Notes under the pieces: model-generated
The model's database searches: none
Told to the model about the DNA's origin: nothing
What the model saw: the letters and a program-made list of their open reading frames with translations, nothing else
Assembly (NCBI GenBank): GCA_937903035.1
Contig: CALCZP010000008.1
Location: 21,551-85,550, forward strand
From: an uncultured bacterium
GTDB lineage: Bacteria > Patescibacteriota > Minisyncoccia > Phycocordibacterales > UBA9973
Direction of reading: 5' to 3'
Length of the DNA: 64,000 bases
Translations under genes and position numbers: made by a program
Shown here: positions 27,956-37,150 of the stretch, piece by piece
How the letters are laid out: each line of letters begins with the position of its first letter
Position numbering within the stretch: position 1 is the first letter of the stretch

Positions 27956-29782
27956 TTATATTACATCTAAAAGCGAGAGGATACTATCCTTGTCTGCTTC
28001 ATGAAGGAACAAGGTGAGTTTTGGACCAGATTCTTTTCCAAATAACAGCTGATATACGATACTAAAAAATTGTCGCTGATTGTCTTTGTTTTGTGCATCG
28101 CTCGCAGTTGCAACTTTCGGTATAGCGTACAGTGCTGTTTTAAATGAATCCGCAGAAAGACTTTCCCTGTTCTTTATAAGATCAATGAGTTGTCCAATAT
28201 TTTGTTTTTCAAAAATATCAAGCGTATTAGCCATAGCTACATTTTGAGCAGATAAAAGATACCACGAAACATCGGGCGATACAGCAATATAGCGCGACGT
28301 ATCTTGATTAAAGAGTTGTGTATCGAGATATAATTGTCCACGCTCAACGGATTCTAGTTCATTTGATTGGCTGATAGGCATACGCATAATCTTCTGCACG
28401 TTTTTTTCGTGAATATCAGAATAACGATTAAGCACAATATGCTCCCCCGCAGCAACACCTTCTATCATTGGTTTTGCAACATATTCGTATATATCTCGCT
28501 GCGGAAGGGTCGGTAAGGGAATGGTTTTGCCGCCAATACTGAGTGACGACGCACCAACTCCATATCCACCATACGGTTGGGTGCCACGCTCTACTCCTGG
28601 AATGTGAAGATGAGTATTATGCAAAAACGTATCTCGCGGATGAATAACCGTATCATTAATTTTTCTATCAATCAGATTGTGGATATATGAGCTAGATCCA
28701 TACAAGGTGATATACATTGCGTTTTCAAAATATTCTTTTGCTTCAAAATAGGACGCAAGTTCAGCATCAGTAGTATATTTTTGGACAAAAATAATCGGAG
28801 CAAATATTTCTGCGTAGTTTGCACCCAACGAAAGAGGTTTTGTAATAATAGTCGGATAAACAATACAATGACGGGTATCAATCACTCCAGGAGTCGACAT
28901 ATCGATCCATGAACTGTTATCGCAAAGAAACTCCTGGATACGAACAAGATCTTTTGTATCACTCATTGGACCAATCCGGGATGTTTGATCACTATACTCT
29001 CCTATTTTCATAGAAGAAACGGTACTGCGAAGTTGGTTCATAAAGTCCTCATATATCTCTTCGTGAACTAGAATCGCATTCGGGGCGGCACAGTCTTGTC
29101 CTTGATTATAAAATTGCAGTGTTGTAACAGCATCAATCGCTTTTTCAAGATTCGCATCAGCAGCTATTACAAGCGGATTATGTCCTGAGCCGTTAGATAT
29201 GAAAAGTGTTCGACGATCAAAGATTTGCCGAAGCTTTGATGCGTGATGCGATGTGCCCGTAAAAATAACAACATCAGTCACCGGACGTGATGCGGTGGTC
29301 ACAGGGTCAACTCTAAGCGCAGAGCGTTCAATTAAAAATTCAAGCCGTTGCTTGTCTGATACAAAAACATTTGGAAAGTATTTCTTAATCTCAAGAAGTT
29401 CAAGCATTTCTGAAAAGAATGCATGCATGGCATGCGGGATACGAAAATGCACCGCACTTGCCATAAACGATGGGATAATGACAAAGCAAGTAAATGCATA
29501 AAGTGGCTGATTGCGTGGCAAAAAAGCAGCAACCTCTCCTATTCTTAATTTAAAGTAAGCTTCATTTTCATTGAGATTACGGAGAAGATCGAAAGTTCTA
29601 CTAATTTCATCTTCAACAACTTCGTGGCTTTCATACCGCAAAAGGATTGTTTCAAGATGTTCAGTTTTAGTCTCAATAAGATCTGCGAAAGCTCTTGCGC
29701 GAGAGATTATCTCTTTTGGATCAAGTGACGAGTATGGCTGGAAATTAGAATCTGCACCATCACGAGAAGTAGTATGTTCCAT
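27956..29782 (-). CDS. aldehyde-dehydrogenase-superfamily protein with C-terminal class-I LysRS-like anticodon-binding domain
   Basis: P.N.P, FTGT, NQGQDC, EIFAP and PYGG motifs; C-terminal FF..VYQLLFGKESGPKL..FL. Confidence 0.75.
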   Translation of the reverse strand: MEHTTSRDGADSNFQPYSSLDPKEIISRARAFADLIETKTEHLETILLRYESHEVVEDEISRTFDLLRNLNENEAYFKLRIGEVAAFLPRNQPLYAFTCFVIIPSFMASAVHFRIPHAMHAFFSEMLELLEIKKYFPNVFVSDKQRLEFLIERSALRVDPVTTASRPVTDVVIFTGTSHHASKLRQIFDRRTLFISNGSGHNPLVIAADANLEKAIDAVTTLQFYNQGQDCAAPNAILVHEEIYEDFMNQLRSTVSSMKIGEYSDQTSRIGPMSDTKDLVRIQEFLCDNSSWIDMSTPGVIDTRHCIVYPTIITKPLSLGANYAEIFAPIIFVQKYTTDAELASYFEAKEYFENAMYITLYGSSSYIHNLIDRKINDTVIHPRDTFLHNTHLHIPGVERGTQPYGGYGVGASSLSIGGKTIPLPTLPQRDIYEYVAKPMIEGVAAGEHIVLNRYSDIHEKNVQKIMRMPISQSNELESVERGQLYLDTQLFNQDTSRYIAVSPDVSWYLLSAQNVAMANTLDIFEKQNIGQLIDLIKNRESLSADSFKTALYAIPKVATASDAQNKDNQRQFFSIVYQLLFGKESGPKLTLFLHEADKDSILSLLDVI

Positions 29783-29847
29783 AGCGTACAGTATAGCTAA
29801 TACAATAAAAAAAGAAACCTGCAATATAGAGGTTTCTGTTTCGTAAT

Positions 29848-30174
29848 TTAATTTTTGATTTCAAAGCAAATGATGGCTGCTATTGCGAATACAACTCCTA
29901 GTCCTTGCATTGTAGTGATTTGGATACCCTTTATAAGATCCCAAATCCAAACACCAAGAACATTGGAGAGTAATACGATAACTACTATCATAGTAAGCGA
30001 GTATTCTTTTGGTGCATGACGCATCACCAGACCAAGTCCTGACATAAATATCAGAAACAAGATCGCACTGATAGTCCACCAGCCAAATGTCATTCTTTGT
30101 GCCCAAAGGCTGAGGCATATATCACTGAATGCTCCGAAGACTCCAAGACATATAACTCCAATTAAAAAGTACAT
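29848..30174 (-). CDS. 4-TM SMR/DMT-like small membrane protein
   Basis: Four hydrophobic helices; own TTGACT-N17-TATTAT promoter. Confidence 0.65.
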   Translation of the reverse strand: MYFLIGVICLGVFGAFSDICLSLWAQRMTFGWWTISAILFLIFMSGLGLVMRHAPKEYSLTMIVVIVLLSNVLGVWIWDLIKGIQITTMQGLGVVFAIAAIICFEIKN

Positions 30175-30285
30175 GATGTATAGATTTTGTGGTGAATTAT
30201 TATTTGAAATTATAATAACATATATATAATGAAAAGTCAATAATAAAAACAGCCCTTCATACTTCTATAAAGGGCTTGTAATTGG

Positions 30286-30906
30286 TTACTTTTTTGATTG
30301 TACTGCGAGCGTTGCACCGATGCTAACACCATTTCCCCATCCAGCCAGCCAGAGGATCTTGCGAACTTTGTCACAACAGAATGAGTACTGTAGCCGTGGA
30401 CCGGTCACGCCATAGCGCTGACTGTGGATACCAATACCAATTGACTGGTTGAACGGATAGTACACTGCATAGCCGAGCCACCAATTCCCCCAAGTCTTTG
30501 CATACGAATAGTTTGCATTGATCATGAGCTTGTTTTTCGCACGAGGTTCATCAGCCTTGGTTTCCAAGAAATAGTATGAATTCAAGAACGTGACATTGCC
30601 ACCTTTTGAAAATTCAAATCCAGGACCAATACCAATTTCATGATAGGTACTCCACACTTGTTTTGCGTAAAGTACACCAGGGCTCACTGATGATGCATCT
30701 GGTTCAAATGAGCCTTCAAGAAACACTCCCCAATTTCCCGTTCCAAATGTTTTGCTCACAAATGGATTTACAAAGGTATAGGGCTTTTCTCCAGAAGAGG
30801 ATTTGAACCTGGTATGAGAAGCATCGAGGCTTCCGTACCAGAGGGGTTCTTGGCTATATGCGGCAGTAGTTACAAAGAATGAAACGAAAAATAGTATTTT
30901 TTTCAT
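30286..30906 (-). CDS. secreted beta-rich protein, outer-membrane beta-barrel-like
   Basis: Signal peptide MKKILF...AYS|Q; alternating aromatic/Gly strands; own TTGACA-N16-TATTAT promoter. Confidence 0.6.
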   Translation of the reverse strand: MKKILFFVSFFVTTAAYSQEPLWYGSLDASHTRFKSSSGEKPYTFVNPFVSKTFGTGNWGVFLEGSFEPDASSVSPGVLYAKQVWSTYHEIGIGPGFEFSKGGNVTFLNSYYFLETKADEPRAKNKLMINANYSYAKTWGNWWLGYAVYYPFNQSIGIGIHSQRYGVTGPRLQYSFCCDKVRKILWLAGWGNGVSIGATLAVQSKK

Positions 30907-30957
30907 GCTATATGTTTTTCAACATAATATCATGAATCATATATTTGTCAATATATT

Positions 30958-32013
30958 CTACAACACCTGATCTATAACTCCCCCTCCCACAAGAACAGTG
31001 TCTTTATATAGAACGAGTGACTGTCCAAGCGAGATTACACCATCATATGAAAGGCGCACATGGGTCTCATCAACAATACAGACTGGAAGTTGTTCACCGT
31101 GATAGCGGATTTGGGCAGTGTATAAGGCATGATCAGCAGTCGTTTCAAGCCAGTTTGTATCACGAAGCACAAGTGTCACTTCCCCATTTTTTGCATCGAC
31201 ATTCTTTGCATTATGTGAGACCACGAGAATATTCCGTTCAATGTCTTTACCAACGACATAGTACGGCTTCTGATCAGTACTTCCTTTGGTAATACGAAAG
31301 CCATGGCGTTCACCAAGCGTATGAAAATACACCCCATCATGCTCACCTACTTTCTCGCCTCGCGTATTAACGACATCACCAGGCTTTTCATCAATATAGT
31401 GTGCGAGAAATTCGCGCATGTCGACTTCGCCAAGGAAACAAATACCCTGACTGTCTTTTTTAGTTGCTGTCATAAGACCTGCACGCTGCGCAATCGCTCT
31501 CACTTCTGGCTTTTGAAGATGCCCGACCGGAAAGAATGCACGCTTGAGGTCGTCATTGGTAAGCATCCAGAGAAAGTATGACTGATCCTTGCTCGCATCA
31601 ATACCCTGCACAAGCTTTCCATCGATGAGCTGCGCATAATGTCCTGTTGCAAGCGCATCTGCGCCGTGAGATTTAGCGTACTGCCACATCGCACCAAATT
31701 TCACAACACGGTTGCAGAGCACATCAGGGTTCGGCGTACGACCGGCACGGTATTCACTGATCATATAGTCAGCTACCCCTTGTTTGTACTGATCAGTCGC
31801 ATCGAGAAAATGAAATGGAATATCAAGTGCAGCGCAGACACGCATTGCATCGCGCTTCTCATCGATCCAGGTACAAGGGATCCACTCAGGTGACCATGTT
31901 TTAACAAAGATGCCATGAACCTCATGACCCTGCTCTTTCAACAGATATGCGGCAACTGACGAGTCTACCCCGCCTGATATTCCAACAAAGATTTTCTGCA
32001 CCATCGTGCTCAT
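30958..32013 (-). CDS. mnmA: tRNA 2-thiouridylase
   Basis: SGGVDSSV, TPNPD..CN, ATGHY, KDQSYFL and DSQGICF motifs. Confidence 0.96.
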   Translation of the reverse strand: MSTMVQKIFVGISGGVDSSVAAYLLKEQGHEVHGIFVKTWSPEWIPCTWIDEKRDAMRVCAALDIPFHFLDATDQYKQGVADYMISEYRAGRTPNPDVLCNRVVKFGAMWQYAKSHGADALATGHYAQLIDGKLVQGIDASKDQSYFLWMLTNDDLKRAFFPVGHLQKPEVRAIAQRAGLMTATKKDSQGICFLGEVDMREFLAHYIDEKPGDVVNTRGEKVGEHDGVYFHTLGERHGFRITKGSTDQKPYYVVGKDIERNILVVSHNAKNVDAKNGEVTLVLRDTNWLETTADHALYTAQIRYHGEQLPVCIVDETHVRLSYDGVISLGQSLVLYKDTVLVGGGVIDQVL

Positions 32014-32083
32014 ATGAGCACCACTATACTATGAGACTTGACATATTCCAAGATTGACCTAGAGTAAAGAAAAACTATTTGTT

Positions 32084-32776
32084 ATGAACATACAAAAAAA
32101 CATACTTTTATTTGACTCAGACATCCTGGACACAGATGAGGATATACATCCTATAGAACTATTGTTTGTTAGAGATATGGTGACTTTTGTACAAGATAGC
32201 AATTCATTTAAAGAGCAAATTGCAAATAAATCTTGGGACATTATTTTTATAAATTTTCAAACAAGACTATTCTTAAAGATAGAAGATGCTCAATTAGATG
32301 AATTTGTACAAATTGTTATCGCCTCTCAACCAGGTAGTTGCTGCAATGTAGCTATTACAAATGATAGAGATCAAATCTCTATGCTGAAAGAAAAAGGGTT
32401 TAGTATTTTCTCTAAAAAATATAACATTGCCAGAATTAGAGAAGAATTTAAAATCTTTCAAAAAGTTTTAACGACTAGTGATATCCAAGAATATGTAGCC
32501 GACTATCATCATATGTCAGCTACAAAACTTCTAGAGAAAACTAGGAATAGAAACATTGTAGAGCCACGACAAATAGCAATGTATCTCTCGCACCATCTGG
32601 TAACAAAAAATTTAAAAAAAGTAGCTAGTGACTTTTATTTAAAAAACCATACCAGTACTATTCATGCACTACGAACAGTTAACGATCTCATGGATACAAA
32701 TTCTGCTATAAAAGAAAAGGTTGATTTTTTATTCTACAATCTTCGAACTGGTCTATATCTAAAAGCCTCCTTGTGA
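32084..32776 (+). CDS. pseudo-receiver-like domain fused to DnaA domain IV (not the replication initiator)
   Basis: C-terminal KTR.R.IV.PRQIAMYL...F...HT..IHA..TVNDLMDT; no AAA+ domain; own TTGACA-N16-TAGAGT promoter. Confidence 0.8.
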   Translation: MNIQKNILLFDSDILDTDEDIHPIELLFVRDMVTFVQDSNSFKEQIANKSWDIIFINFQTRLFLKIEDAQLDEFVQIVIASQPGSCCNVAITNDRDQISMLKEKGFSIFSKKYNIARIREEFKIFQKVLTTSDIQEYVADYHHMSATKLLEKTRNRNIVEPRQIAMYLSHHLVTKNLKKVASDFYLKNHTSTIHALRTVNDLMDTNSAIKEKVDFLFYNLRTGLYLKASL

Positions 32777-32783
32777 GGCTTTT

Positions 32784-33326
32784 TTATTTAAGATTGAGCA
32801 ATTTCTTGAATACTTCGTACGTTGCGTATGCGTCAGCAAATGCACTATGTGCCTTGGCATTTTGAATCTCAAACTTTTCACAAAGTGCGCGGAGCGAGAG
32901 CTTACCTACATCATCGTTGTTGTGGAGTACCCCAAATGCAACGGAGAGCGTATCGATCTTTTGAAAATAGAGTTTGTTCTCAACGCCTGTTTGTTTGAAT
33001 GCCGCATCTATAAATGAGTAGTCAAACATTGCATTGTGCGCCACAAACACTGCGCCATCAGTCAAATCTGCAAATGTCTTCATCGCATCAGCGAGAGGGA
33101 TTGCAAAAAGCCAGTCAGCCTCGTTGTACCCATTGATACGGAGCGCTTGGGGATCTGCGGTTTCAATATGCATCGGATGAATCTTAAGATCAAGCGTATC
33201 AGTGACGGTAAGTACGCCATCCTTGAGTTTCGTCAGCACCACACCAAGCTCAATAATCTCAGCTGTTTCAGGATTGAGACCAGTAGTTTCGATATCGACG
33301 AATGCGAGCGATTGTTGGAGGATCAT
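32784..33326 (-). CDS. DEDDh 3'-5' exonuclease (DnaQ-like)
   Basis: DIETTG, AHN..FD and H.A..D motifs. Confidence 0.9.
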   Translation of the reverse strand: MILQQSLAFVDIETTGLNPETAEIIELGVVLTKLKDGVLTVTDTLDLKIHPMHIETADPQALRINGYNEADWLFAIPLADAMKTFADLTDGAVFVAHNAMFDYSFIDAAFKQTGVENKLYFQKIDTLSVAFGVLHNNDDVGKLSLRALCEKFEIQNAKAHSAFADAYATYEVFKKLLNLK

Positions 33327-33327
33327 G

Positions 33328-34296
33328 TTATTTCAAATACTTTTGTATATTAGCTTGGTGCTGCTTGTACGTGGATGCATAGTGTATCGCACCAGATGAG
33401 TCATGCAAGTAATACAGATACGGTGACTCAACTGGATGGAGCGCTGCCTCGATAGCAAGAAGGCCAGGGTTGTTGATCGGTGTTGGTGGAAGCCCCTTGT
33501 TGATATAGGTATTATACGGCGACTTCATTGCGAGATCTTTTTTTGTAAGTTCCTTACTTTCTTTGCCCAAGAGATAGAGAAATGGTGCATCAACCTGTAG
33601 TGGCATACCGATTGAAATACGCTTCCACAAAATCCCAGCGACAATCTTGCGATCTTCATCCCCATTTGCTTCTTTTTCAATAATAGATGCCATAGTTAGA
33701 ATCTCATGTTCAGTTTTTCCACTTGCTGCAACAGCTACTGCAAAGTCAGGAACTTTTTTAACAAAAGTACGTTTGAGTGTGGTCAGTACCAGATCAGGCT
33801 TCACTGTTGGAAAGAATCCGTAGGTATCAGGAAAGAGCCTGCCCTGGTCATCTTTTGCAAGCTCAAGAAATAGCTCCGTATCAAAGGCTGGAAACGTTGC
33901 TCCGAGTCGCGCAGCCATTTCTTTCGTGCTAAACCCTTCAGGAAAAGTCACTTTCTGGCGATCAATACCAAACTGGCGACCCGAGATACGCATTGCGACC
34001 TCAAGGGCATTTTGTGGCTGATCAAAATAGTACTCCCCTTCACTGACTTTTTTTTCGCTCCCAAATGAAATCATAAATATTTCAAAAAGACGCGGTGATG
34101 TAATCACATGATCAGCTGCGAGCTCATGTGAGACCGAAAAGAGTGTCTGCCCAGGATCAACAGTCAGATGATACGGTACCGGAAAGTCTACAGGCGCTGC
34201 GAGTAAACTTCGAAAGAGCCCTAGAAAGAAAATAACTGCAGCTCCAAAAAGTACCAAAAATCCGAACACTTTTGACGGTTTGCGTGTTGCCTGCAT
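33328..34296 (-). CDS. mltG: endolytic transglycosylase MltG
   Basis: PEG, LFPDTY, ASIIEKE, M.LQ.D, SPYNTY..GLPP.PI.NPG motifs. Confidence 0.93.
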   Translation of the reverse strand: MQATRKPSKVFGFLVLFGAAVIFFLGLFRSLLAAPVDFPVPYHLTVDPGQTLFSVSHELAADHVITSPRLFEIFMISFGSEKKVSEGEYYFDQPQNALEVAMRISGRQFGIDRQKVTFPEGFSTKEMAARLGATFPAFDTELFLELAKDDQGRLFPDTYGFFPTVKPDLVLTTLKRTFVKKVPDFAVAVAASGKTEHEILTMASIIEKEANGDEDRKIVAGILWKRISIGMPLQVDAPFLYLLGKESKELTKKDLAMKSPYNTYINKGLPPTPINNPGLLAIEAALHPVESPYLYYLHDSSGAIHYASTYKQHQANIQKYLK

Positions 34297-34297
34297 A

Positions 34298-35563
34298 TTA
34301 GATCGGCAAGTTTGCTGGTGGCTCTGCCTTGGTAGCCTCAATACGAGTAAAGCTTGGGGTTTCTGCTACACGACCCGGTAAATGGAAAATAGTTGCAAGC
34401 TCTTCAGTAGAGAGAATGTATGGCTTGCCGCCACTTTCATTGGGGTTGGTAAAATAATCTCCAAACGAAAGTGGATCAAACCCTCCATAAAAAAATGCGC
34501 GAGCTTTGTATCCGCCAAGCAGTTTTGCTTTCATGCCGGCAATTTTATTGCCAAACATATCTTGCCATGGAAAATCTACCTTGGTAGTGCCGTCTGGCTT
34601 AAAGCCGTTGAGCTGACTTGAGTTAAACTGGCGAAATGCACCAATGAGTGCAGGCGCTCGTGTCCCCGCATTAAATGCAGGGCCCTTGGCGATATATACT
34701 GCACGGATAAACGAATCAAATCCAAACTTGTCAGCGTGCCGCTCAATTGTTTCAAATGTATTAGTTTGTGTTTTCGTTGTAAGTGTAATGATGGGCTTAC
34801 CATTCTCATCTTTTTCATAGAGATTTGCCTTGAGCTCAGTAATCGTCTCGGCAGCTTTTGCCTTCCAATCTTTCCCTTTTTCTTCAACACCTTTCTTTTT
34901 GACCGTAAAGCGTTTCGTATCGGGTCTGATCAATATCTGAATCCATACGTGCTCATTTGCATTAAGTGACCCAATATATTCAAGGAGTGGTGTGATCGGA
35001 TCAATACGTTGCTCTTCATCAAGTGATCCAATTGCTTTGTCGAGTCCATAATCAATATATGACTTGATCGGATATACATCGTCCTTTGAAAGAATAAAAT
35101 TGCACCCCCACAAGTTAAAGTCAGCTCCTTTTTTAAAATCAGGAAATTCACTCGTATAGTCTGACACTTCGAACACTTCAGCCTGAGGATACTGCGCATA
35201 AATCTGAGCCTCGACTGTCTTTTTGAATTTTTCAGGAAGACGAATATAAAAATGTACCGATCCTTCTTTTGAAACAATCTCAAGCGACGAATACAGACTT
35301 ACTTCTCCTTTCCAATACTTGGTATACCAATCACCACCCTGCCCACCTGCGTAGAGTGAGTTGAGTACAAGCTCCATTGCAAGTGGAGACTTAAAGACTT
35401 CTTTTGGTGGCTTCACTTCAATGATCACCCATTTAATGGAGCGCAAGAAGAGTGTTTGAATGTACGAAAGCCACACATTCCATGCAATGACTGCCAATAT
35501 CGGCACTGCGACAAAGATTCCTATTTCATGCATGACGTCAGCGAGCGTCAACGACTGTTCCAT
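34298..35563 (-). CDS. conserved membrane-anchored hypothetical protein
   Basis: N-terminal TM; SLEI, QIYAQYP.AEV and L.TEELAT.FH.P motifs; resembles the N-terminal part of CPR VirD4/TraD-like proteins (recalled, unverified). Confidence 0.7.
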   Translation of the reverse strand: MEQSLTLADVMHEIGIFVAVPILAVIAWNVWLSYIQTLFLRSIKWVIIEVKPPKEVFKSPLAMELVLNSLYAGGQGGDWYTKYWKGEVSLYSSLEIVSKEGSVHFYIRLPEKFKKTVEAQIYAQYPQAEVFEVSDYTSEFPDFKKGADFNLWGCNFILSKDDVYPIKSYIDYGLDKAIGSLDEEQRIDPITPLLEYIGSLNANEHVWIQILIRPDTKRFTVKKKGVEEKGKDWKAKAAETITELKANLYEKDENGKPIITLTTKTQTNTFETIERHADKFGFDSFIRAVYIAKGPAFNAGTRAPALIGAFRQFNSSQLNGFKPDGTTKVDFPWQDMFGNKIAGMKAKLLGGYKARAFFYGGFDPLSFGDYFTNPNESGGKPYILSTEELATIFHLPGRVAETPSFTRIEATKAEPPANLPI

Positions 35564-35715
35564 GTGCACTAGTATAGCAAACACTCTTTATAATTACTGC
35601 ATGGCGATCTAAAAAAAGTGATGATTTTGAATCATATATCATACTTGTCAACTCTATGATTCTGGCTTGATTCTGTTACTATACCCGATATAGCACTAAT
35701 GGAAGAGAGTTATAC

Positions 35716-36897
35716 ATGCCTAAAGTAAGCCCTGATATAGAGACAGCGGCACGGATCAAAGTGATCGGTGTTGGTGGCTCTGGAAAAAATGCCCTAAACC
35801 ACATGATCAGCGAAAAAGTTCGTGGGGTTGAATTCATTGCAATGAACACTGATGTGCAGGATTTGCACACCTCACTTGCCGAAAAAAAGATTCATCTTGG
35901 TAAAAACCTTACCAAAGGTCTTGGTGCAGGTATGAATCCTGAGGTTGGTATGCGTGCAGCAGAAGAAACCAAAGCTGAGATCCAGGATGCTATCAAAGGC
36001 GCTGATATGGTCTTTATCGCCTGCGGAATGGGCGGTGGTACTGGTACTGGTGGTGCACCAATCATCGCACGGGCTGCCAAGGAGCAAGGTGTCCTCACTG
36101 TTGCAGTGGTGACCAAGCCATTCTTTTTTGAAGGCAACCAGCGCATGAAGCTTGCTGAGCAAGGTATTGAAGAGCTCGAAAAGGAAGTTGATGCAATCAT
36201 CATTATTCCCAACGATCGCCTCCTTGCAATCGCCGGCAAAGACACTACCTTCAAAGACGCATTTGCAAAGTGTGATGAAGTGCTCCGTCAAGCAGTCGAG
36301 GGTATCTCTGAGCTCATTGCATCTCCTGGTATCATCAACGTCGACTTCGCCGACATGAAGAGCGTCCTCATGGATGCAGGTACAGCACTCATGGGTGTAG
36401 GTAATGCGAATGGTGATGGCCGCGCAGAAAAAGCAGCGATCCAGGCGATCAACTCTCCACTTCTTGATATTTCAATCAATGGCGCAAAGGGGGTCCTCTT
36501 TGCAATCTCTTCCAACGATGATCTCACCATGGCTGAATTCCAGGATGCCGCAAAAGTTATCACTGAAAGTATCGACAAAGATGCACGTGTGATCATTGGT
36601 ACGATCTTTGACGAGCGTATGAAAAAAGGTGAACTCAAGATTACTGTTATTGCCACTGGCTTCCCTACTGATGGTCTCAAAAAACCAAGTAGTCTCTTTG
36701 GTGCAAATCGTGAGCTCTTTAATAGAGAAACACAACCTCCTGCATCACAACCACAACAACAAGAGGTACGTCCAATGGTTCAAAAACCTGAACTAAAAGC
36801 TGAAATAGATCCTGTTGAAGCCCCTCTTGAAGAAACTGAGGACGACCTCGACAACTACGGCGCGATCCCTGCATTCCTTCGACGAAATAAGAAATAG
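35716..36897 (+). CDS. ftsZ: cell division protein FtsZ
   Basis: GVGGSG.N, GMGGGTGTG, INVDFAD and C-terminal IPAFLRR motifs. Confidence 0.98.
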   Translation: MPKVSPDIETAARIKVIGVGGSGKNALNHMISEKVRGVEFIAMNTDVQDLHTSLAEKKIHLGKNLTKGLGAGMNPEVGMRAAEETKAEIQDAIKGADMVFIACGMGGGTGTGGAPIIARAAKEQGVLTVAVVTKPFFFEGNQRMKLAEQGIEELEKEVDAIIIIPNDRLLAIAGKDTTFKDAFAKCDEVLRQAVEGISELIASPGIINVDFADMKSVLMDAGTALMGVGNANGDGRAEKAAIQAINSPLLDISINGAKGVLFAISSNDDLTMAEFQDAAKVITESIDKDARVIIGTIFDERMKKGELKITVIATGFPTDGLKKPSSLFGANRELFNRETQPPASQPQQQEVRPMVQKPELKAEIDPVEAPLEETEDDLDNYGAIPAFLRRNKK

Positions 36898-36901
36898 TCT
36901 C

Positions 36902-37001
36902 AAAAGAGCACCTATCCAAAACCGCGCATAAAAGTCTGCTGACTTTTTGCTATGCTCGCGCCAGTCGCGCTTGCGCAATGCTTTTGAATAGGTGCTCTTT
37001 T
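36902..37001. repeat. structured inverted-repeat element, copy 1
   Basis: 20-bp terminal IR with 1 mismatch around a ~52-nt core. Confidence 0.85.
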
Positions 37002-37013
37002 TCGTCTGGGCGA

Positions 37014-37117
37014 GAAAATAACATACTAATTTGGATCCCTGCGCAGGACGACTGGTCCGAGCAAGAACAAAATTTCAGCAGAAATTTATGTGTGATCCAA
37101 ATTAGTATGTTATTTTC
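37014..37117. repeat. structured inverted-repeat element, copy 2 (core inverted relative to copy 1)
   Basis: Perfect 24-bp terminal IR; core homologous to the reverse complement of the copy 1 core. Confidence 0.85.
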
Positions 37118-37150
37118 GAGCACAGAACTTTAGTGATATAATCACACCCT

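Noticed and set aside
32084-32776. Chromosomal initiator dnaA
   Set aside because: No AAA+ domain; only domain IV is present
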